Assembly: GCF_006345805.1 (NCBI RefSeq)
Contig: NC_043012.1
Span: 33,542,001-33,606,000, forward strand
Origin: Octopus sinensis
Lineage: Eukaryota
DNA: 64,000 bases
Direction of reading: 5' to 3'
Part shown: positions 39,685-53,460 of the stretch, piece by piece
Numbering within the stretch: position 1 is the stretch's first letter
Layout: the number at the start of each line of letters is the position of its first letter
Notes under the pieces: model-generated
Seen by the model: the letters and a program-made list of their open reading frames with translations, nothing else
Database searches by the model: none
Told to the model about the DNA's origin: nothing
Translations under genes and position numbers: made by a program

Positions 39685-39870
39685 TTCTTCGTTTTCTTTC
39701 ACGCACGGATATATTTTTCACTATAGATCTTAATGGTCGTAAGGACACTGTATCAGTGGATAGACTAAAAAAGGCCTTCATAGAGAAAACTGTCCCTGTT
39801 CCCACAGCATACGACACACACACAACATTACAAACACTGCCCACACGCCCACCTTCACATTCCATGGCTA
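39685..39870 (+). pseudogene. Ty3/Gypsy integrase C-terminal fragment
   Basis: LSRTDIFFTIDLNGRKDTVSVDRLKKAF matches the typical Gypsy post-integrase motif (TVSIDRLKPA). Confidence 0.7.
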
Positions 39871-40156
39871 CCATTGGGATCGATCAGGTACCGGACAAGG
39901 ATTCTGGATTATTTTCCCGTTTTTTTTTTTACTTAATTTTTGAGAGCGGTCGGGTTCATTTTTAGTATTCTCGTTTGTGAGAGCAGTCGAGTTTATTTCA
40001 GATATTCTCATTTTAAAAATCATCGGCTAATCATTGAGAGGACGTTGGTGTTGCCTTCGCGGAGGTTTGCGCTCTGACTGCTTTTGTTTTGATTAATTAC
40101 TATCATCATCGTCGTCGTGGTCGTCGTCAACACCACGACCATCAACACCATCGTCA

Positions 40157-40517
40157 GTGGAGGCGCAATGGCCCAGTGGTTAGGGCAGCGGACTCGCGGT
40201 CGGAGGATCACGGTTTCGATTCCCAGGCCGGGCGTTGTGTGTGTTTATTGAGCGAAAACACCTAAAGCTCCACGAGGCTCCGGCAGGGGGTGGTGGTGAC
40301 CCCTGTTCTACTCTTTCGCCCCAACTTTTTCTCACTCTTTCTTCCTGTTTCTTGTCCCTGACTTCCTACGCAACCGCTGAGCCTGGATGCGCATTCATCC
40401 ATCCATCGATGCTCTCGGTGTCGGGGGTTGACCTGCTTTCTCTTCTGCGGGTCTTACGAATAGCAAAGGACCACGTTTCGGACTTCTCCCATCTTGCGAG
40501 CTCTGGGACGTTCGCTC
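40157..40517 (+). mobile_element. SINE family C head with tail Z
   Basis: Intact head; tail also found reversed at 42432-42593. Confidence 0.88.
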
Positions 40518-41619
40518 AACAGCAACAGCAACACCATCGTCACCATCGTCACCATCGTCACCATCATCACCATCATCACAATCACCATTGAAGCAGATTC
40601 GACGTTTATTTCGCGAGTTGACATCAGTTGGACAGGTATATAATAGAGAATCATGGTTTCACCTAGTCGGGCTCTCTGAAATGCAAACAGTTCTTCACAC
40701 CACCGTCCCTGACTACGCTATTACAGGTCTACGTCTAGTTAACTAATTCTCTAATACTACTTCATCCAGTACTCCATCTACATTACTAAATATCCATATT
40801 AATATAAAACAGTTTTATTGAATACGTTCGTAAACAAATTATTTCAACATCCCTCGTATATGATGGTTGATATATTGGATGTATGGAGGAACAAACTAGG
40901 AAATATAGGGGTGGGGAAGGAACAATATTAGTCATTGACTAACCTTATTTTGAGTCTTTCAGTAAAGATGGAAAATATAACTCCCAACATGTTCCGGTAT
41001 TACAAGACCTTATTAGTAAAACGTAGATATTACTGTCGTTGCCAAAGCAAGGATGAAACAACCACTTAGTAGTTAGTAAGAGAGAGATATTTCAAAGAAT
41101 AAACTATTAGGTGTCATCCGTTTGATAAAGATAATAGATAAGTAGTTATTTACATAGAGCCTGTTCTCTCAGGTTGTGTGCCAAGTAGATATTCATTAAC
41201 TCATTCCTGTCTTATTTCAGTCATTACATATTCTCGAGCTATCTAACCAATATTACTTTGCCATACAAAATTATATTTATAGGACTATGTTATTCTTTTA
41301 CCGTTCGATTCAATGACGCCAGTAAATAGACGATTCAGCCAGAATATTTACTTAAGTGGTTTGTTTACTTGTCATCCAGTAAGCTATGGGGACGCTATAC
41401 TGCACAAATAAAGCAAGAGGAAAGGCGCCTTCCATACTTGCCAGGAAAAATATTTTTCATATTTCTTTTTTTCACTACAAGCACTAAACAAACAATTGAA
41501 AATATTCAGGAATCACGGGAGGAAAGTGATAGCAGTTGTGTGAGGGCAGTCTAGCAGAAGATATTGCCTCAATGCACTAATGATTTTAGTAGCTGCAAAA
41601 ATCTAGCCAACAAAATAAT

Positions 41620-41912
41620 CTTTGATGAAATTACAACCATTGGAAGAGACCTTGACTTCGACGATGTTGATTAGGGAGCTGTTCCCGAATTATTTGGCGT
41701 CTCATTGAAATGACTGAAGCGACGATAGCTTCATTGAAATCTGAACGTAGACAGGAATATGAAGAGGAGAAGAACGTGAAGAAATAGAAATAGTCTCTAA
41801 GGAAATAACAGCGAAATGACTCGATGAATAATTCCAGGATATAGAGTTGACCAACCAATGTTTAATGGAGATGGATGCGAACATCGACAGAAGTACGTTC
41901 GTCCACCGAGGT
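41620..41912 (+). pseudogene. Decayed Tigger/pogo transposase C-terminal remnant
   Basis: DLDFDDVD..V.EL and KEITAK*LDE*FQDIE..LMEMDANIDRS..VHRG resemble the TIGD1-type C-terminus. Confidence 0.5.
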
Positions 41913-42431
41913 TTGCTTTAATCAAACTGTTATCATTAAAATTATGCACAGAAAATAGCTCTTGGTGAATTTTATCTAAAAAAGAATAAATAAATGATTT
42001 ACAGTAATTCCACTGTGTTTGTTTTATCATATTTTTTTAAAGGATAAATTATAATTATTCTCATTGATTATTCAATCTGATAAGCGTAGTTTTCATCGAT
42101 GGAGGAAGAGGGCGGAGGTTAATTAATAATGTTCAACGAAGGATAGCTTTATTTAGTTTAGATCTTTAATGTTAATCTTACAATATGTTAATTTAATATT
42201 CCAATATGTTAAGACCAAATGGCTTGTTCATAAACTAGATCCTTGCTGTGGCAAGAATGTTTCCCAAAACTCTGAGACAACCAAATATTGATTGATTTAT
42301 CTTTCTCGCTATCAATAATCTCAAGAGTGATAGAAACAGCTATAAACAACCTCCTTTATCTCTTTCAATGTTTTGTTTTTTAGTTGTTGCTGTTGTTGTT
42401 GCTGCTGCTTTGTTTGTTTATTTGTTTGTTG

Positions 42432-42593
42432 AGCGAAGCGGTCTTCGTCCCAGAGCTCGCAAGATCGCGCCTCTGTAGTGGGAGAAGTCCGAAACGTGGT
42501 CCTTTGCTATTCGGAAGACACGCAGAAGAGAAAGCAGGTCAACCCCCGACACCGAGAGCATCGACGGATGGATGAATGTGCACCCAGGCTCAG
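42432..42593 (-). mobile_element. SINE tail Z fragment with (AAC)n tail
   Basis: Reverse complement of ~40377-40517. Confidence 0.8.
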
Positions 42594-43191
42594 TTAATGT
42601 GTAAAAAGGAAAATAGAAACTTTGAAAAGGAAAATAAGAAATTTTGAAAGAGATATCTATAAAACTAGTTGTTAAACATTGAATGGCTATGAGGGCCCAC
42701 TAGAATGGAATAATAATCAAAGGGCTCCAAAGATAAAAAATGGTTGAGAACTTCTGGTCTAAAGAATTTGGCCTTAATGCAAATGGGTCAAAAACAAATT
42801 TACTTTTTCATAAACGATATTCGTTTTCAATTTTATGAAATTGTCTGAAAAAATTTAAGGAAACATTTCATTTCATACTTCATTATTATTTTAAAATAAC
42901 AATATTAATGTAACTTTCTTTATTTTTTAAAGAATATACCTTTAGATGAAGTTGGTATCGACCAGTATGTTTTGATCCTTTTTTCTCTTTCGATTTGTTT
43001 TTGTTTAAAAATATCTTTCGACTAATCTTTTTCTTTGACAAATGTTTTCAATGAATCTGCCCAATCTCCTTCTGTCACATGACCTCCGAGTGATTCAAGG
43101 TCTCGTCAGTGAAATGTGTCAGAAGGGAAACTGTACAGAAACCTGCTGTATCCTCATGCAAACTCATGTGAGTGTATTTTTGTGTTGGCGT

Positions 43192-43585
43192 TTTTATCTT
43201 TTATCTTTTACTTATTTCAGTTATTATATTGTGGCCATGCTGGAGCACCGCCTTGAAGAATTTTTAGTTGAATGAATAGACTCTCGTACTTAATCTGTCG
43301 GCCTCTTTTGTCGAACCAGTAAGTTACGGGGACATAAACATACAAACACCTGTTGTCAAGCGGCGGCTGTGGTAGTGGGGATGGTGGTGGCGGACGGATA
43401 CAGACAAGCATACACACACACACACATATGATTGGCTTCTTTCAGTTTCCGTCGACCAAATCCATTCACATGGCTTTGGTCGGCCCGTGTGGTAGATACT
43501 TGCCCAAGGTGCCACGCGGTGGGACTTAACCCGGAACCATGTGGTTGGGAAGCAAGCTTCTTACCACACAGCCAGGCCTGCACCT
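43192..43585 (-). mobile_element. SINE family A
   Basis: Reverse-complement match to 38954-39407. Confidence 0.88.
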
Positions 43586-44026
43586 GTATATATCATTGGA
43601 AATATCTTCGGGTATTTACGTTATTAAAAGTAGGTAGTTCTTTAAAAGCTCATAAATCAGAAGGTAAAATTCAAATTTTTAATAAATAGATATTGATAAT
43701 CTGACAAATCTTGGATTCGATATAACTGACTAAGCCTTTGATGGTGGCTTCCTTGAATGGTCGTGGTCCAACGAAGCTAACCAGTAAAAGAATAAAACTT
43801 TAATAGTTTGGGAGTTGAGAATCTTGCAAAACTCTCTCCAAGACCCCTAGATTCGTCAACCACAATCTTGTGCCACACGATCGGTTTTAGGGTCTAACTA
43901 TACTTTGCTCGGGAATTTAGGTTCTAAGCACTGGACTCCTACTCGCTCATTCGACTTGCTCATTTCCCATAAATCATATATACTGTCATAATAATGAGCG
44001 CAAACATTTTAACATTATATACAGTA

Positions 44027-44424
44027 CTAGCAGTATCGCCCGGCGTTGCTCGGGTTTGTAAGGGAAATAATTATATAAGCATTTTTAGAGATGTAAAGTA
44101 TAATAGCTATCTCAATATGGCTAACCACAAAGGGGGAGGGGTGTTACTGTAGCTTTTTACGTTCTGAGATTTAATAATTCATTTTTAGAGAGTTACTTCC
44201 CTTATATATGACAAAAATGGATTAAAATGGGAAAAATTGATGGTAAATGTTTTTTTAAATCGTAGACTCATCGTAGACGCGCGCTAATACCCAGACGTCT
44301 CGATATGAATCACGACTATAAGATACCCGGTTTTGGTTAACTGCAATGCACGCGCAAAATGTGGGAGTAGTTAGGAATCTAAATCGTAGGAGACAGACAC
44401 ACAACCTCACTTTTATATTAAAGA
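44027..44424 (-). mobile_element. Non-autonomous Helitron
   Basis: Minus strand A|TC...cccgagcaacgccggg..CTAG|T with no TSD; 3' end shared with 6226-7126. Confidence 0.8.
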
Positions 44425-44518
44425 TTTCCTCTATTTACATAATATTGAGGTCTCTTTCCTTTCTTTTGTTATCTTACTGTTTTTTACCAATATACATATA
44501 TATATATATATATATATA

Positions 44519-44846
44519 GTTACAGAGATGTACTTGCATAGCAAGTGACTTGATCTGAGATCGTGTGCTGGAACGAAAACAGTTGCAGCGCGTTGAAGGT
44601 GTTTATAAGCCATTTAAGAAACACACAAAAACCGTTAGATTCACTTCAACATTTAAATTTAATTTGTCAAAATATTTTCGTCGTCGCTTTGAGACCGCGA
44701 CCTGTTAGCACGATATTTTTGTCAGTGAAACGGTCGCGGTCTGAAAGCGACGAAAATATTTTGGCAAATTAAATTTAAATGTTGAATTGAATGTAACGGT
44801 TTTTGTGTGTTCTTAAATGGCTTACAAACACCTTCCACGCTGCAAT
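44519..44846. mobile_element. Element family H2 in inverted (palindromic) arrangement with hammerhead-like motif
   Basis: Arms ~44583-44706 and ~44727-44846 are reverse complements; single copy at 54145-54340. Confidence 0.75.
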
Positions 44847-44864
44847 ATATATATACACACATAT

Positions 44865-44964
44865 NNNNNNNNNNNNNNNNNNNNNNNNNNNNNNNNNNNN
44901 NNNNNNNNNNNNNNNNNNNNNNNNNNNNNNNNNNNNNNNNNNNNNNNNNNNNNNNNNNNNNNNN
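44865..44964. other. Assembly gap (100 N)
   Basis: N run. Confidence 1.
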
Positions 44965-47330
44965 AGCACTCCGAATGACCGTCGAATCAAAAACAGAATT
45001 CCGCGCGCTTGTTGGCAGCATGGACGCACTGGGCCGAAGGCGAAAAGGAGGAATCCACCAAGATACCCAGGTCCTTTACCTGATCGGTCCTCTCCAGCAG
45101 CAGACGACCCGGCTCGAAATCAAGTTGAGTTGCAGGAGTAGAGCCGACAGGCAGATGACAGCACTTTGACACGTTCAGACACAGGTCTCAATCGTTAGAC
45201 CACTTCCAAATTTGGTGGAGGCATCGACGAAGATCCTCTATACTACCGCGAGGAGCGACCAGTTTGATATCGTCGGCAAATAGAAGGGTGTGTTGCGTGA
45301 GGTCGTCGGGCAAGTCATTTATGAAGACTAAGAACAACAAGGGCCCAAGCACTGAACCTTGAGGCACGCCATTGCTCGCACTGGAGACGTCGGACCGCGA
45401 ACCATTAACTTGAACTTGGAAGGAGCGATCTGAGAGGAAGGCACCAACCCATCGTACAATATCCGGATGGAAAATATATGCTTGAAGCTTGACAAGTAGT
45501 AGGCGGTGGTTACCGAGTCAAAAGCTTGGCAAAGTCCAATAAAACGATGTCAACAGCATCACTATCATCGAGGATGCGCGTCATCAATTCTTCCATTACT
45601 AGTAAGTTGGTCAAGCATGATCTCTTCGGCACGAAGCCGTGTTGGGAATCAGTGATCGAGGCTGTGCTTAGGAGGTGGAGCATCATACTTTTCTTAAGGA
45701 TGGTTTCGAACATCTTGCTGATTATTGATGTAAGGGAAACCGGTCGGTAGTTAAGCGGGTCTTCGCGGCCCCTTTCTTGAAAATTGGGCAGATTATCGCT
45801 GTTCTCCAGTCTGCAGGTATAACACCCGTCGCCAATGACATATTGAATAGTCGTGTTAAGGGCTCGCAGATGACCGGAGTCAACGCTTTGATAACCCGTG
45901 GGTGTGTGCGTCAGGGCCGTGGGCCGTGACCCTTGTTGACATCGAGGCCTGAATAAACACGTTTGACTTGGTCCCGCGTGATGATCAATCGAAGCATTGG
46001 AGGTACCGATCTATCAAATGGAGGGGTTCACGACCATCATCTTGTTTGAAAATAGTTGAAAAAGCCTCGGCAAATAATTGACTCTGTTGATAAGGGTCCT
46101 CAATCGATACGCCTGTTGAGTCTACCAATGTTACAATCTGGTTGTTCAAGCGGGAATTCCGTTTTTGGATTGCTACTGGCATTTACCGCGATTTTGTATT
46201 CATAACTGAAGCGTTCTTTCCTTTCAATTTTCACGGCTCGGTCTCGTTCAGTTTTGTACACCTCAAAAGCTGCAGTCGAATCCAGATTTTTGAATTCAGC
46301 CCAAGCAATATCTCTGAGTCGACGTTCTCGTTAACCTTCTTCGTCACCCAGGGCTTGTGTTTCTTCCTCTTGGGAAGTCCAACGGGAACTGCCTGGTCAG
46401 TCAAACAGATTACATATGCTTTGAGGGATGACCATAGTTCGTCAACTGAGGACAACGTCATCAGGGAACGCCAGTCCAGAAGCGCGGAAGCCTCGGTTAG
46501 AATTTCAAGATTAATTGCAGAGAAGACTCTGCGTGGCAGCGAAGTAATCGTGGGCGTGGAAAAGTTTGTGTGCATGACGAACTTCAGGACCGCATGATCA
46601 CTCTTGGCAAGAGGGGCGCACACAGATACGTCTGACACTGATCTGGATAGCGGGAGAATAGAGGAGAATACCAGATCTAGCATAGATGGCTGTGCCCAGA
46701 CCGATGCCTTGTCGGATATTCAACATGTTGCGATAGAAAACAATCTTCAGCCACGTCAAGAAGGGCCTGGCCGAACCGGGAAGATGTTGTACAATTGATG
46801 CGGGCCAATCGATCATGGGAGCGTTGAAGTCGCCTAGTACCAAGCAGTCATGCGAAGCTGAAACGAATCTTATCGCCTCGAGTAGATGAGCATCGTCCTG
46901 GGGGTCGGCTAGAGGCGGCCTGTAGACAGCCAACACGGGCAGGCAAAACTCAGATGCTCAGCTTGCAATAGACGGCATCGAATTTGGTTGTAGGTTGAGC
47001 ATTTGTGGGTAGAATACCGCAGGACGGTTTGTGCTCAGACTTAACATACACAGCAAACACCTCCACTCGCCTTTTTCCTCTGTCACATCTGAAAAGGACG
47101 TAGCCCTGCAGGTGGATCTCTGAGTCCTTTTGCTGGAGTCAGCCAAGTCTCGGCGGTTTAGCTATCACATCAGGGGAGTCGCGTAGGGCCAGTGTAAATA
47201 GTTCACTGAACTTGGGAATAAGGAGCACGAGTTGGTGTAGACGATGCTGAGCTGTGAAGTCTGAGGGGCGGGAGTTGGGGAACAAGCAGAATAAAGGGCA
47301 TCAGAGATAGCATCGTTGACGGGGGTATCA
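44965..47330 (-). mobile_element. APE-RT LINE ORF2 (CR1/Jockey group), frameshifted, cut by the gap
   Basis: APE motifs VYRPP, GDFN, LDLVFS, SDH; RT motifs NYRPVSLTS, QHGF, LDFAKAF, GVPQGSVLGPLLF, LFADD (~45271), KDLGI. Confidence 0.92.
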
Positions 47331-47494
47331 ACTTGTATAACTCATGTGTGTATGTGTGTGTTATATATTTAATATATGATCAGATAAAGAAGTCACAGGG
47401 GGATGGAGGTTGTCCTAGGGAAGGATTTTCTCTGGATCCCATAAATTAATTGTAACTTTTTTCCTGTGACTTTATTACCGGTCACATATATATG

Positions 47495-47572
<78 letters not shown>

Positions 47573-47617
47573 ATATGTAAAAAATACAAACTGGGACAAG
47601 AACGCATGTATATATAT

Positions 47618-47732
<115 letters not shown>

Positions 47733-48039
47733 AGAAAATACAAACTGGGACAAGAACGTAAAACATTTAGAAGACGATACAAAAAGCACAGACGGGACAT
47801 TCGAAGCCTTCAATCTTCAGTCAAGAACCGGATCATCCTCGCAATTTCGGCTGATTAATCTTGAGATTGCTCCGATCTGGCCAGCCCCAAAGGAAAATCT
47901 AAGCCAAGCGCATTAGATTCCTTGGAAGAAAGCCTCGAATATATACAAAACAAGGACAGAAAAACGGACGATGTTACACGAATAAGAATACAAAAATACG
48001 TAAAAACAATAATGATAATAATAACAAAAACAGGACATA

Positions 48040-48210
48040 TCGCTAGCTACTACACGTTCTTTATTTTTCCTCCTTGTTTCTTTCTGTGTTCCTTTCTGTG
48101 GAAGAGCGTAGGCTCGAAACGTTAAAGACTTTTTCACTTCCCGAGCGTTATACTAATATATGTTTGTTGTCTACACCACCCGACTTCGTCTTTTGTTTTT
48201 TGTGAATCTT
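48040..48210 (+). mobile_element. Hammerhead-bearing element family H1, diverged
   Basis: ccttt-CTGTGGA-a-gagc gtag gctc-GAAA-cg-TT-aaaga at 48091-48128. Confidence 0.7.
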
Positions 48211-49227
48211 ATACATATATATATATAATAGTTATTTATTCATACAAGTACTAGTATCAATGGAAATAACAGGAGTTGAAAATGCCCTGAGGGTGAAGCA
48301 TAAAATGATTCATTTATATTAAATAGTAATACAAAAACCAACAGGATTGGAAATGCATGCAGTAAAATCATTCTCAAGCAAACTGAAAGAGGTTGCTTCT
48401 AATTTGTCAAACCTGACCAATTTCAGAACTAAGTAGGGTGATAGGAGTGAACACAATGGAGACTGCGGAATCGAGAGCTAAACTCAAATCCAAAGCAAGA
48501 AAACAAGACTGATCCGAAACCTGGATTGTCAATTCAAGATCCTAAAGATAACTATTTCGAAAGTTAAAAGGCACTAAATAAATTTGAAAGATACAAAAAT
48601 TGCAGCCAAGCAAAAAGACACTTAAACAGGTAAATTTCAAAAGATTTATAGTAAAAATTTCAGTTCTAAAGAAATTAGAATGAGACTAACTTAATTACTG
48701 ATATTTTTAGCCCATGATATTTTTCGATGATTTTGATATCTCGGATCAATTTCTTTTGATCTAGAAGTTGCAGTTTCACGTGATTTACAAGCATCCATGT
48801 TATTCAGTTTTCGTTAACAGTTCGCTAGGTGGTTTATAATCATAGCAACATTTACCACTTCGTTTAAGTTTATACTCAAAATTTCTTTCAGTGTTTTTAT
48901 ACTTAGACGGTAATTCTCATTTGATTTCATAAAACTCATGTAGCTAAATTCTCTCTCTCTCTACATCAGCATATGCATGTGGTAAAATGAGAAATGTTGA
49001 AGCTAACTTGGACAATTGATCAAATGGATTTTTTCCCAAAACAATCCCCATACAACAATAGTTCAGTCCAGACAGGAACTGTGTATGAAACGCGTGTCCA
49101 TCGTACATGTTTTAAAATTTTTCCATTAAAAATTCATTTTTGTTAAAATCCCTAAACTTTCATAACAACATTTTACAAGATCTATAAATTCCCGTGTCTA
49201 TATATTTGAAATATTATGCTATATTAC

Positions 49228-49561
49228 TAGTTCTCAGTCGGGATCCATATGGTCTCTGGGGACCCTTATAAGATTTTGGGGATCCACACTAGCAAAATAG
49301 TGAATAGGGATCCGTTGTAGTATATTAAGAGGCCTTGAAAAGTTTTGATTTAAATGTATGACAAGAAACAGCTGGGTTTCTGTCTCTTACATTTTACACA
49401 GTTCAGCCTTCCGCAAATGAACGAGTGAATAAGAAAATAGGAATTTCGAAAGAAGTGTCTATAAAATTAGTTTTTAGATATCGAATGGTTATAGGAATCC
49501 ACCAGAATGAAATCAAAGGGTTCCATAGATAAAAAAAAAATTGGCTGAGAACCAACCACTG
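49228..49561. mobile_element. hAT-type MITE
   Basis: Degenerate TIRs tagttctcagtc / ggctgagaacc..actg; related to 6166-7397 and ~42660-42758. Confidence 0.55.
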
Positions 49562-50079
49562 CTGCACCAAAGCAACTCATTGATTGTAAAAGACGAAAAT
49601 AATTCTGGAAGATGCTGTTTAATCTCCAAAACTTCCACAACATATTTTGTACATCAGCCTCTTATCTCATTTTCGTCATGCTCAGTAAAATTGCATTCTG
49701 AGATCTCCTCAAACTGATAATCAAGATATGGCTACGGATCTAAATAATCTTGCATTGAATCATCTGCATGTAACCTTTTCCTTGGCATTATAATTATTGA
49801 ACATTTAGATTTGAATCAAAGAAATGCTTCAGAAGAGCCTTCAATAATTTAGTAGGGTCTTGGGTTTACTCACAAACATTCGTAATTCGTCGGGGGATGG
49901 GAACGCTCTTGCGTTCACTCTTTAAAATTCGTTTCTAAACTCTTAATTTCATGGGTCTGAGGCCTAAGTAGCTCTTCACAGGTGAAGGCCCTAAAATCTG
50001 AGAAGCTTTTCGTGTGTTTCCAGTCTTCTGATTTTGTCTAAAATTCCCGTAGAAATATGGAAATTTGTATCATAATGTG

Positions 50080-50420
50080 CAGGCGGGGCTGTGTGGTAAG
50101 AAGCTTGATTCCCATTCACATGGTTCCGGGTTCAGTCCCACCTTTGGGTAAGTGTTTTCTACTATAGCCTCGAGCCGACCAAAGCCTTGTGAGTGAATTT
50201 GTTAGACGGAAACTGCAAGAAGCCCGTCATATGTGTGTGTGTTTGTCTGTCTGTCTGTCTCTATGTTTATCCGCACTACCATTTGACAACTAGCGTTGGT
50301 GTGCTTACACCCCCGTAACTTTTGTGGTTTGGCAAAAAACACCGATAGAATAAGTAAAAGTCTTACAAAAATAATTTCCAGCATGGCTGCAGTTCAAAGA
50401 CTGAAACAAGTAAAAGATAA
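50080..50420 (+). mobile_element. SINE family A
   Basis: ggctgtgtggtaagaagcttg head through gactgaaacaagtaaaag tail. Confidence 0.88.
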
Positions 50421-50453
50421 GCGATTAAAGAAAAAATATTTCTCCAAAGTCAG

Positions 50454-50538
50454 CTTTTGCCGAACTGCTAAGTTACGGGGACGTAAACACACCAGCATCA
50501 GTTGTCAAGCGATGTTGGGGTGGGGGGACAAACACAGA

Positions 50539-50633
<95 letters not shown>

Positions 50634-50793
50634 GACAGGCTTCATTCAGTTACTCTCTACCAAATCCACTCACAATGCTTTGGTCGGCCCGAGGCTATAG
50701 TAAGAAGACACCCAAGGTGTCACGCAGTGGGAATGAACCCGAAACCATGTGGTTGGTAAGCAAGCTACTTACCACACAGCCACTCCTGCGCCA
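50454..50793 (-). mobile_element. SINE family A, 3'-truncated, inverted relative to its neighbour
   Basis: Reverse-complement match. Confidence 0.88.
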
Positions 50794-50857
50794 ACAGGAA
50801 TTTTCAATTTTATATGAATTACAACTTTCTACACTTAACAATAATAATTTCAAACAA

Positions 50858-51066
50858 GGTGGCAAATCAACAGAATCATTAGCACACCGGACAAAATTCT
50901 TAGCGTCATTTCGTCCGTTTTTACGTTCTCAGTTCAAATTCCGTCGAGGTCAACTTTGCCTTTCATCCTTTCGAGGTCGATAAAATAAATACCAGTTGAG
51001 CCCTGGAGTCAATGTAATCAACTTACCCTTCTCCGAAATTGCTGGCCTTGTGCCAAAATTTGAAAA
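50858..51066 (+). mobile_element. SINE family B
   Basis: Central domain gaggtcaactttgcctttcatcctttcgaggtcgataaa. Confidence 0.85.
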
Positions 51067-52030
51067 CAATATTAACTGCAAACAAAAACAAACTGAGAAC
51101 CTAACAGCAGTGTTTACTTCAGAGATTTCCCGTAATTGGCGAAATACCTTTTGCTTCATATTGAAGAAATTATAGTTCAGTACTGTAATGGAATGTCTGC
51201 GAACGACTCCCAGCTGTTTCATTTTGAGAAGGAAAGCATGGAAGGAAAACTCTACAATGAAGACGGGGTAGACGTTGCCGTGTAGTAGCAGTTGCAGTGA
51301 AGTGGGTTTTATGAATGTACCTGTTTGTTGAAGGCTGCCAACAGCATGAACAACAATAACCTAGTTGATAAGAGAGTTTGCTAAGGGAGGAGAAGAATCT
51401 AATATGGCGGATATCTTTAACCTTGATCAGGACATGAGAGAGAGGCAAAGTGATGTACATGCCCACCACAAAAACAACACTATTTTATCTCTGTCAATCT
51501 CAAACGAAGGACAAAGGTCCAAGATGTTAGATTCTCCTCCATAATCTTTTCAAATGGCTAATAATGTGTGCGCGCGCCGCTTCTATACACATTGGAAAGC
51601 ATTGTACAACCAAGCACTAAAGAAGATCTTTCCTCCATGAAACAAAGCTGTTCCCGCTGGACGTCAACCCAGTATTTCTAAGCTACGGACCGAGTGATTT
51701 ATTGTAAGGTTATCTCCCTAGACAGATTGCCTTCACTACGGCTAAGGAGCCCTTTCTACCCCACTGACACAGGTTGTACTGGTTTACAGTTTACCAGTAG
51801 TAGGATCCGATGCTGCATACATCGGACCTGACCTGACAAGGGCAGCCTTAATAGCTATCACATCACAGTTATTCAACTCATCAAATTCTTGTAGCAACAC
51901 TCCAAAAGACAATTGTTGTTAGCGTAGAAGCACGATTCCCATTTTCCTCAGTTTTTTCGATTCAACCATAACTTAAGTCTCGTTCAACTTGAGAACAGTC
52001 ACTACCAAAAATATTGTATGTATATATATA

Positions 52031-52260
52031 TTTCTTTATTGCCCACAAGGGGCTAAACACAGAGGGGACAAACAAAGACAGACAAACGGATTAAGTCGAT
52101 TACATCGACCCCAGTGCGTAACTGGTACTTTATTTATCGACCCCGAAGGGATGAAAGGCATAGTCGACCTCGGCGGAATTTGAACTCAGAACGTAACGGC
52201 GGACGAAATACAGCTACGCATTTCGCCCGGCGTGCTAACGATTCTGCCAGCTCGCCGCCT
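52031..52260 (-). mobile_element. SINE family B with probable 19 bp TSD
   Basis: Full-length; aaaatattgtatgtatata at 52008-52026 and 52268-52286. Confidence 0.92.
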
Positions 52261-52899
52261 TACATACAAAATATTGTATGTATATAGTTACCGTTTTTAT
52301 CCCCTTTTATTCACTTCTTCCTATATCAGAGACGACGACTTATGTATGATACTAAGGAAGGCTATTTTAATTTGATACTGCCTCAGTTGTGTATACCGGA
52401 CTTTTATTCAAGCAGGTGGCTATTTGTGACATTATCATATGTTTTATTCACTTTTTTCTGTATCAGAGGCGACGAATTCTCACCCCAGAATGTTACGGGC
52501 TGTGCGTATACATTGGTGTTCTTGCCGGCCACTGCTAGACTTATTTTCATGCCTTTCTTATATTTATTGTGTTTTTAACACGAACAAAAGAGGTTATCTC
52601 AGGACATATGTTGCAGTAACTGGATTATCGTCAATGTGTATACATCAAGAACGATATATAGATATTAAATATTATTTAAAATATTTACCGTCGTTCAATA
52701 CAAAAAATCTTTTGTAACTCAGCAGTAAACGTATAATTCGATGTCCATCTCTACTGATCCCGTTTTCAGAGGCTGCTTTCAATATAGTGTCCTAATGCAT
52801 GAATCCGGTGGTCGTATTATACGGCCACTCATCGGACCTATTTCGAATCGAGTACACGTTCCACCAAAGACGCTCCCTCTTTTGTGTTTTAAAGCCAGA

Positions 52900-53460
52900 T
52901 CTATTACTGTAGATTTTAAAGAGATTGTGGAGCATCCTGTTCGAACTCGGATACAGGAAAGCTACGTTTGGTCTCACAGACCACATCCTCATTGCGTCGG
53001 AAATTGAAGTAGTTGACACCATTCTGGAGGAAGAGCAGAATTCCACAATAACACAGATTAATCTGAGTAATTCCACTGATTTCAACTGGTCATATGTGAC
53101 ACAAAGGCTTTTGTCGGCGGGTTCAATTAAGGTGTTTGAGTCTGGTTGATATTAGATTTCCATGTGGTTAAGGAAAAAATAGGAAGCGGTCATGACAAGG
53201 AGACCCATTCTCACCAAGAAACGTCCGAAAGGAAACTGTTCCTGGAAAGTAAAGAAACAGCTGCTATTTCTAACGATTTCTCAAAGGGAGTCTAAGACAT
53301 CGTGGCTGGTGATGCTCAGGCACGTACTGAGACTGACATGTCGGCAGATTTCTAAACGCCGACAGTGTTGACCAGCTGTCGTCACCATTTCTGTGACACA
53401 TCTGTGTGCCACTCATTTTTTTGACTGAGCTTCAATCTTGGGTCAAGGACAAACCAAACT
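52900..53460 (+). pseudogene. Possible decayed Ty1/copia gag-protease remnant
   Basis: FNWSYVTQRLL, a degenerate FPCG..GH knuckle, TSCRHHFC and LSFNL occur in copia order; weak. Confidence 0.3.

Noticed and set aside
42468-42508. ctgtagtg-gga gaag tcc-GAAAC-gtg-GTC hammerhead-like string in SINE tail Z
   Set aside because: Two core mismatches, no stem I, and antisense to the SINE.
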